Shown here piece after piece: positions 7,756 through 17,703 of a stretch of 64,000 bases of DNA. A program made the position numbers and the translations under genes. The notes under the pieces were generated by a model. The model had not been told where the DNA came from. It saw nothing but the letters and a program-made list of their open reading frames with translations, and made no database searches. The number at the start of each line of letters is the position of its first letter. Position 1 is the first letter of the stretch. The stretch lies in the sequence record NC_027402.1. One strand, given 5' to 3'.

Positions 7756-8315
7756 GCCAAAAAGAACGCGAGATGTTAACTGTACAACTGTTACACACTG
7801 CGCTCGAAGATATCTTTTACTCCGTTCCGGAAATGCCTAATGCACGTATGGAACCTTTGCTGGAACCTTATACTGACGCTTTTAATCTCACGATGATGTT
7901 GGTGGCTGACCAGATCATACTTCCACCGAAAACAGTTCCTGTGGAACGTACACACGTTTCCAGTGGCGGTTTGGGTACTCCGGTTAATAAGACGAAGGAG
8001 ACCGTAGCGATTTTACGTTCTACCGAATATCTTATCGGATTGGCATTCGAAGACTGTTACAACAGTTTCCTGGACAGTATCCATGCACTTGTGGAGAATG
8101 CTGTGAAAGCCGCCAAACACCCGTTTAATCGTTATGCGACGATTAAACTGGAACCACACATAACCCGTCGTGGGCAGGTGCAATCTCTGGAGTTACAAAT
8201 TGGAGAAGACATCAGATTCATCCACTACCGCCAATGCTTCCCAAACAAACGATATCGTCCGTCTGGTACTGATCGATCACATTGCCTCGACGGCATACGT
8301 CAGGATATTGAATGA
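7752..8315 (+). CDS. Hypothetical protein (gp10)
   Basis: ATGA translational coupling at 7752 gives MSQKEREML. Confidence 0.75.
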   Translation: MSQKEREMLTVQLLHTALEDIFYSVPEMPNARMEPLLEPYTDAFNLTMMLVADQIILPPKTVPVERTHVSSGGLGTPVNKTKETVAILRSTEYLIGLAFEDCYNSFLDSIHALVENAVKAAKHPFNRYATIKLEPHITRRGQVQSLELQIGEDIRFIHYRQCFPNKRYRPSGTDRSHCLDGIRQDIE

Positions 8316-8637
8316 CCCCAGCGACATCATGTTCAGCATGTATGATGTTAACACGGGGTTGAAGCATATCATTCTCTGTATGCTCGAATACATGATTCCG
8401 ACATTTACAGAACACGGTGCGTGGGACACAGAAACAGTCTCACTGATTGTTAGGTGTTATCGTCCCAGAAGTCATTCGCGGGAAATCCACACCATCGCGT
8501 CACACGTTCATCGTGCTATCTGTGAGGAAATGGGCATTCCTCCGAAAGGGTATCGGTATCATTATAATCAAGCAGACAGAATTCTCCGTTTCATTCCACG
8601 TAAGGTAACAGATGTCTATGATGACGGTTTATACTGA
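8170..8637 (+). CDS. Hypothetical protein (gp11); start uncertain
   Basis: ORF in operon; GTG at 8170 gives a long overlap, next in-frame ATG is 8329. Confidence 0.6.
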   Translation: MGRCNLWSYKLEKTSDSSTTANASQTNDIVRLVLIDHIASTAYVRILNDPSDIMFSMYDVNTGLKHIILCMLEYMIPTFTEHGAWDTETVSLIVRCYRPRSHSREIHTIASHVHRAICEEMGIPPKGYRYHYNQADRILRFIPRKVTDVYDDGLY

Positions 8638-9019
8638 GTTCGTGCGTTTGACTTGCCGACTCACCGCACTCGTCAAAGAGAATCTCGGCATCGATTACCA
8701 GGATGCTGCGGTAGAGCTTGACGACTATATCGAGCAAATTGTTCGGTTGCATGTTCTGCGGAAAAAATATGGCGTTATCGATAGCATGATACGCCAGTTC
8801 TTTATGGAGTATGTTCACGATAACCCAATCATTACACCAACCACGTCGGCAAAATACTGGGCTCTTTGTCGATTTGAGTTGTTGATACGGGACACCGATT
8901 GCATCTGGCAAGCAATCGACGAGGACATGACTTATTTACCACAATCCGACTTCCTCCTTTGGCATGTAGGAGATGGTGTCTGGAAAATGTTAACTACAGG
9001 GGTTACTTACAATGATTGA
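8612..9019 (+). CDS. Hypothetical protein (gp12)
   Basis: Overlapping operon ORF. Confidence 0.75.
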   Translation: MSMMTVYTEFVRLTCRLTALVKENLGIDYQDAAVELDDYIEQIVRLHVLRKKYGVIDSMIRQFFMEYVHDNPIITPTTSAKYWALCRFELLIRDTDCIWQAIDEDMTYLPQSDFLLWHVGDGVWKMLTTGVTYND

Positions 9020-9521
9020 GCGATCTCATTTTTATATCCCCGGCTATCAGTTATTGGCTGGGCCGTTAACGGAGTTTTCGCCAAACGATGTGCTCCGCGA
9101 AGTGAATGACGATTTGAACTCGATAATCAATACCGCCATGAGCTTCGTGGAACGTGGAACCATTGGTAGTGAGTTAAAGTTTATGATGAACAACACCTTT
9201 GGGTTTGTTTCTCGTACGCTGAATGCACACGGCGTTGTGCTGGAAAATGAGCAAGTAATCACCTATGGCACTGCAATTCAAAACATCGGCCGAGCGTATA
9301 TGACTGCTGTGTCACAGTCTCCTTATTGGTTTACTCACTACGGTCGTTGGGTCGGTGCGCAATACACAACGCACAATCCATCGGATGTCGAATTCTTACT
9401 GGATTATAACGGTGGTGATAAGTTCCCACAGTTTGCCAGCCAAGAAGCGTACGAGCGCATCACTCCACAACTTCTGCCGGTTATCGATTTGCTTATCGGT
9501 AATCTCGGAGGTCGTGTATGA
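9012..9521 (+). CDS. Hypothetical protein (gp13)
   Basis: Coupled ORF with 8-nt overlap. Confidence 0.8.
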   Translation: MIERSHFYIPGYQLLAGPLTEFSPNDVLREVNDDLNSIINTAMSFVERGTIGSELKFMMNNTFGFVSRTLNAHGVVLENEQVITYGTAIQNIGRAYMTAVSQSPYWFTHYGRWVGAQYTTHNPSDVEFLLDYNGGDKFPQFASQEAYERITPQLLPVIDLLIGNLGGRV

Positions 9522-10006
9522 GCGTTCTGTTTGATGTGGCGGATATTGCGAACCAATATAGCGCGACTCGGTTTTACGAGCATGTTCGTGAAGCGGCATT
9601 GCGTGTACTAGAAGCCAGTAACCTGGAGATTGATGAAACACAGATACGTGATTTTTATCAACGTTTTGCGTTTGCGTATATCATCGGTGTGAAAACTCGT
9701 GACCCTTCGACGATGGTTGATTTGTTACAGGAAGACACGCTTGAACCTCTGGGCAATTGGGAGTTGGTGACAGATGGCCTGTCCGTTGACCAGTTCGCTA
9801 AGGAAACGTCTGTCGATACGACATTTCTGGCAGCACAAGGTTCGCCCGAACAACATCAAGCCGCCTTCGGCGCTGCGGTAAGTTTACTGGCCGAAGAGTT
9901 AACAAACTTAACTGGTTTTGCTGGACTGATAGAGTCGCTGTATCCGGGGCGATATCAAACGTATGTAGGTGATAGTTTTAACGATGTGGTGTTAATCTGC
10001 GAATGA
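9518..10006 (+). CDS. Hypothetical protein (gp14)
   Basis: ATGA overlap, SD GGAGG. Confidence 0.8.
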   Translation: MSVLFDVADIANQYSATRFYEHVREAALRVLEASNLEIDETQIRDFYQRFAFAYIIGVKTRDPSTMVDLLQEDTLEPLGNWELVTDGLSVDQFAKETSVDTTFLAAQGSPEQHQAAFGAAVSLLAEELTNLTGFAGLIESLYPGRYQTYVGDSFNDVVLICE

Positions 10007-10434
10007 AACTGTACATGACCATAGGCGAAGTCTTCAAATATGAGTCGTTGTTGGCACGGGCCGAGATTGCTGATACTAGCGAGATCGAGCCCGCTGTCGC
10101 TTATTTGTTTCTGGCCAGTTACGCCGAATTAACGGTACGTTCTATTGTTAATGGGCTAGGTAAGGGTAAGAACTTTCTTACTTTTATTCCCCCAGACCCT
10201 GCGTTGATACTGGAACAGTTGCGCGGGATGTGGGGTACTGAAAAGGTGCTGCCTCTAAACTGCTACAGCATGAGCAGTGGAATTAAGGATGATGTTCGGT
10301 TCTATGAAATCCTTTCTGTGATAGAACGTGTGTGGGGCATGGCTGGCTTGACTCCAGAAGACGGAGCAAAAAAGACAAAGGTTTCACTCCTTATGAATGA
10401 AATTGGCAACGCACTCATCTGTGTTGAATGTTAA
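10003..10434 (+). CDS. Hypothetical protein (gp15)
   Basis: ATGA overlap. Confidence 0.8.
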   Translation: MKLYMTIGEVFKYESLLARAEIADTSEIEPAVAYLFLASYAELTVRSIVNGLGKGKNFLTFIPPDPALILEQLRGMWGTEKVLPLNCYSMSSGIKDDVRFYEILSVIERVWGMAGLTPEDGAKKTKVSLLMNEIGNALICVEC

Positions 10435-10443
10435 GGAGTACGA

Positions 10444-11043
10444 ATGATCTACAAGGTGATCGCCAACCACTTGATTAATGTGGACTTGGGGGTCGTGGGG
10501 TATCTTCCTGACGGTATGCGGTTTCTGGATCTGGTGATTGACACCGTAGTCCGTTTACCACGTGTCACTGTGGAGATACCCGTAAAGGAATTGGACCGGG
10601 ACGAGATACACGAACTTATACGTGAAACGCTGACTAGCTACACATACGAGTTTCGTTGCATGTTACCACGCACCGATCTTACGTTCTTGCACGACTTCTT
10701 TACGTTACTGACTGACGAGTACCGTCGGTGGAAGTTTAATGTTGCAATGGAAGCCAGCACCGAATCGCATTTTAACGGTCTGACACCATTGTTAGATTTA
10801 GCGTTGATGTACAAAGAGCAAGACAGTTCACACTGGGTTACGCTCAAGCATTACACGTTGGATCTAATGGCGACCGCCGTAACGGAAGCAGTTATGGCGC
10901 ATTATGTTGAGCCGGTGAAGATGTTCTTAGAGGCGCATAATGGCGCTATCCGTACGTTGGTTCTCAAGGTGGACTTCCCGAAGACACCGTTAACCAATGC
11001 TTTGGATATGAGGCTGCTTGTTGATGTTCCTGAGGAGGAATAA
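10444..11043 (+). CDS. Hypothetical protein (gp16)
   Basis: SD AAGGAG. Confidence 0.8.
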   Translation: MIYKVIANHLINVDLGVVGYLPDGMRFLDLVIDTVVRLPRVTVEIPVKELDRDEIHELIRETLTSYTYEFRCMLPRTDLTFLHDFFTLLTDEYRRWKFNVAMEASTESHFNGLTPLLDLALMYKEQDSSHWVTLKHYTLDLMATAVTEAVMAHYVEPVKMFLEAHNGAIRTLVLKVDFPKTPLTNALDMRLLVDVPEEE

Positions 11044-11453
11044 TGTTCGATCTACGCACACTGGTCGCAGGGCAAAAAGTTAACATTGTTTACGACACCC
11101 CTTTGAAAGGGCAAGAGACGCGTGTAATTATTCTGGCAACCGGCGTTGGCTATGAAATGGCCAAAAGCTATATGGATGTGATGGCGGAGCAGAAGAATAT
11201 CTACTCTTCCATTGTTTCTCAGCCAGAAGATAACGTGAACAAATACACGTATCTGATTTTCAAAGGTGTTGACGGCAAACCCAAAGTCGCTGCTGATGCC
11301 TGGATTCGTGATGTTCAGATTATCGAAAACACGAAAGTGCGCTTTACCGTCACCCTGGATAACAAACAGGAGATTGACGACCTTAAGCGCGCCCTGGCTG
11401 CCAACGGTTTCAATGATGTCGATTTTGAAATCGTTGAGAGTATTGCCGGTTAA
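11043..11453 (+). CDS. Conserved phiKZ-like small protein, probably SH3-like beta fold (gp17)
   Basis: TAATG coupling, SD GAGGAGG; beta-rich sequence; occupies the conserved position before the DNA polymerase. Confidence 0.65.
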   Translation: MFDLRTLVAGQKVNIVYDTPLKGQETRVIILATGVGYEMAKSYMDVMAEQKNIYSSIVSQPEDNVNKYTYLIFKGVDGKPKVAADAWIRDVQIIENTKVRFTVTLDNKQEIDDLKRALAANGFNDVDFEIVESIAG

Positions 11454-11457
11454 AGTA

Positions 11458-11495
11458 AGCCCACTCTTCGGAGTGGGTTATTTTTTTTCTTTTTT
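11458..11495 (+). terminator. Rho-independent terminator
   Basis: AGCCCACTC-TTCG-GAGTGGGTT plus long T-run. Confidence 0.9.
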
Positions 11496-11543
11496 CACGT
11501 ATCCCGCAAGTCTTATAGCTGAGTAAAAACCAAGGGGCCAGAC

Positions 11544-13823
11544 GTGGACTACAATTCACCATTTCGTCTTAGTCAAGACGAGTATCATCGCGACATTGAC
11601 GTTATCGATGCGTACTACGAACAACTGGCGCTCTACATTCATACCGTCACCAACGGGAAATATTCCTTGGAGTTCTGTCGACAGCAGGTCGAAGAAATGT
11701 TCCAACCTGGTGGTGAGTTAGTACACGAATTCCCCGTGTGTAAGATGTGGGTGCGCAATCAAAAGACCGGCGATCGCGAAGAAAAATACACTACGGTAGA
11801 TAAACTGTTCCGTACAGTGATTGATAAGCAGATCATTTCTGCACCGTCGTTGACTTTCTATTTGCCGGAACACGTCAAGCGTTCTAAGCTTGCTGAATTT
11901 ACCGCAGAGAACGTGCGTAAGCGTGCGGTGGTTAAGAAAGAGATGTATGCAGCCGGTGCTGCAGGCAACGAAGTTTTACGTATTAACAAAAAGAACGAAC
12001 AGAACGCTGTTAAGACGTTGAACAACGGGATGTCGGGTGCATTCTCATCACCGTACACGGTAATCTTTAACCAGTCTTCGCACTCTGTATTGACGTCAAC
12101 CTGCCGTACAGCTACATCATTCGGTAATGCGGGCAACGAACGACTACTGGGCGGTAATCGTCACTACGACACGCCGTCTCGTGTCATCGACCACCTACTC
12201 TCTATCGGTACACTGACTAACTTTGCTGAGTTCAAGAAGTGTATGGAACTCTATAACCTCCACTACCCAACTGTGGACGAGGTTATGGAAGTGGTTATGT
12301 ACTCTGCAGAGTTTTACTTCCGTAACGAGGAAGGGGTGGAGTTCATTCGTCACTACGTCGGTAATTGTAGCCCGCTGGTACGTGCAGCGTTTGTCTACAT
12401 GGGTGACTTCTACCACCTGGCGAAATACAACGATGAATTCATGCGTGGATTTATCGGTGCGCTGATTGCCGAGGAGATGGAAGACGAGATCACCGATTGG
12501 GATGCTGCTGAGCGCTCTATCGACGGCGACATGCAGATCATTATCTCGCAGTTCCGTACTGATATCGTGCCGTTAGGTAAGTCGTTCTCTGACGTTAAAC
12601 TCAAAGACGAAAACACGAACAAAGCGGAACCGTGGGATAAGCAGGAAAAATACAAAGAGCTGATTCGCTCAGCTGTGTATCTGCAGAAAACCATCGGTAA
12701 GTACGCGTGCTTGATTCGTAATATCCTGACCACCAAAAACCTGCCAATCAACATTGCCAGGATGCCTGACGTGGTTCGTCGTGTTGGCGTGGTATCTGAT
12801 ACCGACTCCACGATGATGACTGCACAGTGGTGGGCGCAGTGGTATACCGGTCAACATTACGGTCGTGAAGCTACGCGCGTATCGGATGCGATGATTTATA
12901 TCGCAACCCAGCACTTACGTCATCTGATGGCGAGTATGTCGGCGAATATCGGTGTGGCGAAAGAGCGTCTGTTTTTGTACGCAATGAAGAACGAATTTAA
13001 GTTCGACTCCTTTGCGTTAACCACGAAAGCAAAACACTATTTCTCCATCATCACTGGCCAGGAAGGGCAGTTGAAGTCTGACCCTGAGTTAGAAGTTAAG
13101 GGCGTGTCTTTACGTACGTCGAACATTCCTCCGGTGGTCATGAAAGAGTTCAAACGCACGATTAAAGAACTCTGTGAGATCGTGGCACGAGGTGACAAGA
13201 TTAAGATTCTGCCTCTGCTGGAAAAGGTTGCTGCAATTGAGCACGTTGTGGTGGATTCTATTCGCGCTGGTAAAGCAGGCTACCTGAAAACAACCAACGT
13301 CAAAGACCGTAGTGCGTACTCTGAAGATGATGAAAAGAGTTACCATTACCACCGCATGTACAACGCTATCTTTGGACCGAAGTACGGCTACCTGGACGAA
13401 CCGCCTTATGACGCCGTGAAACTTCCGGTAAACCTGGAGAACAAAACAGCCGTTAAAGAGTGGCTGGAAAACATTAAAGACCCGATGATTAAGACCACCG
13501 CAACACGGTGGTTCGAAGAAAACAACTATCGTACCTATCGCACTCTGATACTGCCAGAGTTCCTGGTGGAAAACTTCGGTATTCCGCCGGAGCTGATTGA
13601 TGCTGCAGACACACGTCGAAGCGCATTCTCCACAGTAGAACCTTACTATCACATTCTGGAATGTCTGGGTGTGTTCATGATGGACAAGAACAGAACTCGT
13701 CTGCTTTCGGATTACTACGGTGAGTCTGTAGATTCCGTCAAGGAAGAATTAGGTAGTGGTGAGTACGTTAAGAAATCTGAACGTGATGGAGAGGAAGAAG
13801 ATGGGGAAGAAGCGGAGGAGTAA
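11544..13823 (+). CDS. Family B DNA polymerase, catalytic C-terminal part (gp18; phiKZ gp50-like)
   Basis: Motif B-like KTLNNGMSG, motif C SDTDS at 12795-12809; lacks motif A and exonuclease; acidic C-tail. Confidence 0.85.
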   Translation: MDYNSPFRLSQDEYHRDIDVIDAYYEQLALYIHTVTNGKYSLEFCRQQVEEMFQPGGELVHEFPVCKMWVRNQKTGDREEKYTTVDKLFRTVIDKQIISAPSLTFYLPEHVKRSKLAEFTAENVRKRAVVKKEMYAAGAAGNEVLRINKKNEQNAVKTLNNGMSGAFSSPYTVIFNQSSHSVLTSTCRTATSFGNAGNERLLGGNRHYDTPSRVIDHLLSIGTLTNFAEFKKCMELYNLHYPTVDEVMEVVMYSAEFYFRNEEGVEFIRHYVGNCSPLVRAAFVYMGDFYHLAKYNDEFMRGFIGALIAEEMEDEITDWDAAERSIDGDMQIIISQFRTDIVPLGKSFSDVKLKDENTNKAEPWDKQEKYKELIRSAVYLQKTIGKYACLIRNILTTKNLPINIARMPDVVRRVGVVSDTDSTMMTAQWWAQWYTGQHYGREATRVSDAMIYIATQHLRHLMASMSANIGVAKERLFLYAMKNEFKFDSFALTTKAKHYFSIITGQEGQLKSDPELEVKGVSLRTSNIPPVVMKEFKRTIKELCEIVARGDKIKILPLLEKVAAIEHVVVDSIRAGKAGYLKTTNVKDRSAYSEDDEKSYHYHRMYNAIFGPKYGYLDEPPYDAVKLPVNLENKTAVKEWLENIKDPMIKTTATRWFEENNYRTYRTLILPEFLVENFGIPPELIDAADTRRSAFSTVEPYYHILECLGVFMMDKNRTRLLSDYYGESVDSVKEELGSGEYVKKSERDGEEEDGEEAEE

Positions 13824-13927
13824 GAATAAGTCACGATCGTGTGTACCACAAACAATAACCTTTACGTGGGTGGACCCAACACCGGTACCGACGGCGTTAC
13901 TCAATCATTGGTTATCTTATCTAAAGG

Positions 13928-14209
13928 ATGAACGTTGTGTCGAAACGAAACAGTAAAGCAAATAACTGGGGCTGGCGACAGCTCTATTTGCACAGCCAGC
14001 CTAACCTGGTACGGCAGCATGTGTTGTCTTTGCCAACGCAGTTTCAAACACTGGCATCGTGTGAAGGTTCGGTGTCGCCACGCGATGATCGTTGGAAAAC
14101 CATGAAACCGGTTGTGTCTATTGACAAGCAATTTGACAATCCTCTCGACGGTTGGTTTGCAGCAATAGGCGGTTTAAACGTGCGGGTGGAAGGGTATGTA
14201 TCGAAATAG
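13928..14209 (+). CDS. Hypothetical protein (gp19)
   Basis: SD AAGGA before the ATG. Confidence 0.6.
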   Translation: MNVVSKRNSKANNWGWRQLYLHSQPNLVRQHVLSLPTQFQTLASCEGSVSPRDDRWKTMKPVVSIDKQFDNPLDGWFAAIGGLNVRVEGYVSK

Positions 14210-14393
14210 CGGGAAGTCCACAGAGATGATAACCGCAATCCGTCGCGACCTCGAAGAACGGGGTTGCGTGGATATTGAGTTACATCAGGCAGGCGAAACG
14301 GTGCATATCACGGCATTGGATGCCAAACGGAAACGTAAAATCACTGTGTGGGGTAAACCATACGCAAGTGATTTTACGGAGACGATAAAATAA
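14196..14393 (+). CDS. Hypothetical protein (gp20)
   Basis: Short ORF ending before a terminator; start uncertain. Confidence 0.6.
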   Translation: MYRNSGKSTEMITAIRRDLEERGCVDIELHQAGETVHITALDAKRKRKITVWGKPYASDFTETIK

Positions 14394-14402
14394 TAGACAG
14401 AC

Positions 14403-14444
14403 AAAAAATAAAAAAAGAACTACACACCGAAGTGTGTAGTTTTT
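14403..14444. terminator. Bidirectional terminator
   Basis: AACTACACAC-CGAA-GTGTGTAGTT (UUCG loop on the minus strand) with A-run and T-run. Confidence 0.85.
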
Positions 14445-14493
14445 GTATATAGTATGAATACTCGAAAGAGTGTTCGCGAGGAGAGAGTAAGTC

Positions 14494-15561
14494 TTATTTT
14501 TCTTCTAGCTCTGTCGTCAACGGGATAATCAAATCGCGTTGGATAAAGTTATAGAAGGATTTGGTCAAACGTGTGAGGACTTTAGAGTCCACATAACGCG
14601 CCAAATCAACCAACATCGTACGTTTGTGTTTCTCCATATTCCCCTGGTTGTATTGAAGACAAAACAGTGCCCAGTACCAGTTCACCATGTTCTGGTGCCA
14701 GGTGTTCTGCAGTGTTTGACCTGGTTCTCGAAAGACAATCAGTTCCAGTGCTGTATGGCCTTCTTCACCAGGATGTTGGAAGAACAATGGGATGTTGTTT
14801 AAGACTTGTCCCGGTAACGGGTTGGCAGCCAGTAGTTTACTACGGATGCCTTTTGCGTGCTTCACAGCTAAAGCTTGAAGCGGCGGAACAGGAATGACAC
14901 GTAACGTTTCATCCGGTTCAATCTCTTTCCCGAAGGCTATCGCGCGATGTATATTTACAAAGGCGATATCCATGTAGCTCGGCAACATGCGAGAGATCAC
15001 ATGTCGTTGGAGATACACAGGTGTGGCAATAGGTTCGGTGCCGCGACTGTAGTGCTGCTGACCTTTGACATATTGCCAAAGCAAAGCAACCAGGTTGATT
15101 TCGATCACCGTAACACCTCGGGGCCGTCCGTCACCGAACTTCCAATTGAGGTTGGTATACTCATGGTAGAGGTAACGGGCGGGGGTGTAGTCGCGGAACG
15201 AAAGGTCTGGATTTACTGGGCGGGCTACGAGAGAGATTACCTCATCTTGGCCCTGGATAAACTTGCTATTAAAGATTTGACCGTACTCACCAACAGACGT
15301 TAAGCGTAAGGCGTTACCGATCTGAACAAGCTTGCGACGGCAAGCCCATTCGATGTCTTCGTACTCTGGTTCACCGGCATAGCCGATGGCAGACAACACC
15401 TGTTGCAACAAATGGCCATTACCAGCACTGCGATTAAGCTGTTCGAAGTAGTTGCGTATACGCTGGCTGTTGTTTTTTACGTGAGCCGCTAATGTTATAG
15501 CGGAGGGGTCCGTGCTGTGACCCTTTATGGCCACTTGGTTTAACTCGGCTTGGCTGAACAT
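14494..15561 (-). CDS. Conserved virion-associated protein (gp21; phiKZ gp52-like)
   Basis: SD AAGGAG supports the ATG at 15561; TATG motif upstream; conserved position divergent from chimallin. Confidence 0.65.
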   Translation of the reverse strand: MFSQAELNQVAIKGHSTDPSAITLAAHVKNNSQRIRNYFEQLNRSAGNGHLLQQVLSAIGYAGEPEYEDIEWACRRKLVQIGNALRLTSVGEYGQIFNSKFIQGQDEVISLVARPVNPDLSFRDYTPARYLYHEYTNLNWKFGDGRPRGVTVIEINLVALLWQYVKGQQHYSRGTEPIATPVYLQRHVISRMLPSYMDIAFVNIHRAIAFGKEIEPDETLRVIPVPPLQALAVKHAKGIRSKLLAANPLPGQVLNNIPLFFQHPGEEGHTALELIVFREPGQTLQNTWHQNMVNWYWALFCLQYNQGNMEKHKRTMLVDLARYVDSKVLTRLTKSFYNFIQRDLIIPLTTELEEK

Positions 15562-15613
15562 GGCAGACTCCTTAGATTCCACATAGGAAGTCAGTCACAG
15601 TCAAAAATATCTC

Positions 15614-15627
15614 AGATTGATATTATC
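15614..15627 (+). promoter_or_regulatory. Putative early promoter P1 of chimallin
   Basis: AGATTGATATTATC. Confidence 0.6.
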
Positions 15628-15707
15628 TATGTGACAGTTCACGAGAAATGTCTGGACTATGTGCCTTGTAAGTAAGCGACGGCATACTTGCATTCCATGA
15701 AATTACA

Positions 15708-15720
15708 GGCAGATATTATC
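15708..15720 (+). promoter_or_regulatory. Putative early promoter P2 of chimallin
   Basis: GGCAGATATTATC. Confidence 0.6.
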
Positions 15721-15767
15721 TCTGCGAACCGAACTATGATTGCAATCACTATTAAGGAATATTTAAA

Positions 15768-17621
15768 ATGGTAAAAATCGTTGACTCTAACAACAACGCT
15801 CAGCAGAACAACACTCAGACTCAAGACACCGCACCACTGGGCGGTCTGGGCAACGAGACTGTAAAAGTGCAAACTGCTGTGCCGGGTACTTCTACTGTCA
15901 GCCAATTCGATAACGCATTTGGCATCCGCAACATCAGCACCTATGCAATGCACTTCACCAATCTCCTGGATGAGCTGAAGAAAAGCAACGAATACCTCAA
16001 CGCATTCCGCTGGGGCACCATCGTCGGCGTGGGTAACGAAATGGGTTCCGCGGCGTACGTCGCAGGCCAATGGCAGGGCCACTGGCTGTACGGTATCATC
16101 TTCTTTGAACGCGGTCAGTCTCTGCGTCTGAAAGAAACTACCAACAACGGCCAGGAAGACTACTACACCATCACTGAACTGTTCAACAAAGACGTGCTGG
16201 CAGTAGTACAGAAAAACATCATGGAAGCGCATGGTCTGACCAATGCGAACTTCATGATCATCAACTCCGTACCAGACCTGGGTAAAGTTCTGGATGCTGA
16301 GTGGGCACGTACTCTGATGGGTCAGATGATGATGGGCATCTTCGGTCGTATCGCAGGCTACCTGGGTACACTGAACCTGCGTAAGCATGACCGTTATCAG
16401 GCTGCAGTAATGCCGCTGGAAGATGGTGCGGTTGTTGATGCTAACGGCCACGCACAGCGTGCTGATTTCGCAATCACCGTTGAGCACAGCCCAAGCAACG
16501 TAACCGACGCCACTCCGACTCTGCTGGACACCAATCAGGTACAGGTGTATCCGCGTGTATCCGGTACCGGTTTCGTCAATATGCGTTTCACCGGTCAGAA
16601 GCCTGTCGTTAACGGCGTCTACGACCTGAAACAGCTGCAGGCTGAAATCGTAGTAAGTCTGGTCGATTCTCAAACTGAAGGTGCAATGGCACCGTATGAA
16701 CGTCAACTGCTGCTGCTGGCTGCATTTGCAGAAATCGCGGCAATCGGTGGCTGGCGTGACCTGTTTGTGAAACGCCTGAACAAACAAGATCGCAAGTTCT
16801 CCCGTGTGGCAGAATACCTGTCCTGGGGTGCTGACGCTCGTCCTGATGTATCCAAAATCGACGGTAGCCGTGAAGCTATCGAAGGTTGCCTGGATATGTT
16901 CGCACCGCGTGAAGCAGCACTGGTAGTTAGCCATCGTGCCGGTAACGGCCTGGGTGGTCTGTCTACTATGCTGTCTGAAATTGCGGTCGGTTACGACAAC
17001 TCTCTGAAACAGCTGCTCGCTATTCTGAATTCCATGTCCCCGCGTGATCAGAACGGCGAAGTTGTTGCAGCGACCAGCTTCACTGCAGTATTTGCTTCTG
17101 CACTGAAAGCACAGCTGGGCGATGCCTTCAATGGTACCATCCATTGCAGCCACATCGTGAAAGCAGCCGTACCGACTGTTTCCGGTGTTTACACCGGTAC
17201 TGCACAGAAACGTAGCTTCCAGGATATGGACCTGATTTCCGTTGTTACCAAACTGGGTGATAACGCGAACGATGTCTATAGCTACCTGAATGCACAGTCC
17301 TACAGCCACCGTGAACTGAACGAGCGTCAACAGCGTATCTACATGCTGAAACTGGCCGCTTCTCTGTTCGCATCCAAAGCACCGCAAGCTACCGGTGAAT
17401 CTCTGGATATGGCTATCAACCCGATCTTCGGTAAATGCCTGCTGGACTTCGTCCGTAACAACTGCACCTGGTCTATGACTGGTGTAAATGCCTACAACAC
17501 GATGGCGACCTCTCTGTTCTTCAACAACGGTGGGGAAGACTTCACGCTGTCTGGCAACGGTCTGTCTGCAAGCGGTTCCGATTTCGGTCTGGGCGTGTCT
17601 CTGAGCAACTTCAAACTGTAA
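15768..17621 (+). CDS. chmA: Chimallin, phage nuclear shell protein (gp22)
   Basis: 617 aa; Q/N/T-rich N-terminus; segments DANGHAQRADFAIT and QKRSFQDMDL resemble recalled chimallin motifs; sits between a gp52-like gene and nvRNAP beta'; extreme host-optimal codon bias. Confidence 0.85.
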   Translation: MVKIVDSNNNAQQNNTQTQDTAPLGGLGNETVKVQTAVPGTSTVSQFDNAFGIRNISTYAMHFTNLLDELKKSNEYLNAFRWGTIVGVGNEMGSAAYVAGQWQGHWLYGIIFFERGQSLRLKETTNNGQEDYYTITELFNKDVLAVVQKNIMEAHGLTNANFMIINSVPDLGKVLDAEWARTLMGQMMMGIFGRIAGYLGTLNLRKHDRYQAAVMPLEDGAVVDANGHAQRADFAITVEHSPSNVTDATPTLLDTNQVQVYPRVSGTGFVNMRFTGQKPVVNGVYDLKQLQAEIVVSLVDSQTEGAMAPYERQLLLLAAFAEIAAIGGWRDLFVKRLNKQDRKFSRVAEYLSWGADARPDVSKIDGSREAIEGCLDMFAPREAALVVSHRAGNGLGGLSTMLSEIAVGYDNSLKQLLAILNSMSPRDQNGEVVAATSFTAVFASALKAQLGDAFNGTIHCSHIVKAAVPTVSGVYTGTAQKRSFQDMDLISVVTKLGDNANDVYSYLNAQSYSHRELNERQQRIYMLKLAASLFASKAPQATGESLDMAINPIFGKCLLDFVRNNCTWSMTGVNAYNTMATSLFFNNGGEDFTLSGNGLSASGSDFGLGVSLSNFKL

Positions 17622-17650
17622 TCGAATCGGTTACTGAGTAGTTAGGAAAC

Positions 17651-17688
17651 GGACGGGGGCTAACGCCTCCGTCCTTCCCTCTTTTTTT
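17651..17688 (+). terminator. Rho-independent terminator
   Basis: GGACGGGGGC-TAAC-GCCTCCGTCC followed by pyrimidine/T run. Confidence 0.75.
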
Positions 17689-17703
17689 GTTGAGGTTGAC
17701 AGA

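Noticed and set aside
8240-8246. C CCA AAC slippery heptamer in gp10
   Set aside because: The -1 frame stops after about 8 codons, and gp11 is in the +1 frame, so no productive fusion results.
15657-17387. 576-aa antisense ORF over chimallin
   Set aside because: In register with chimallin codons; explained by avoidance of TTA/CTA/TCA. No SD and no protein-like composition.
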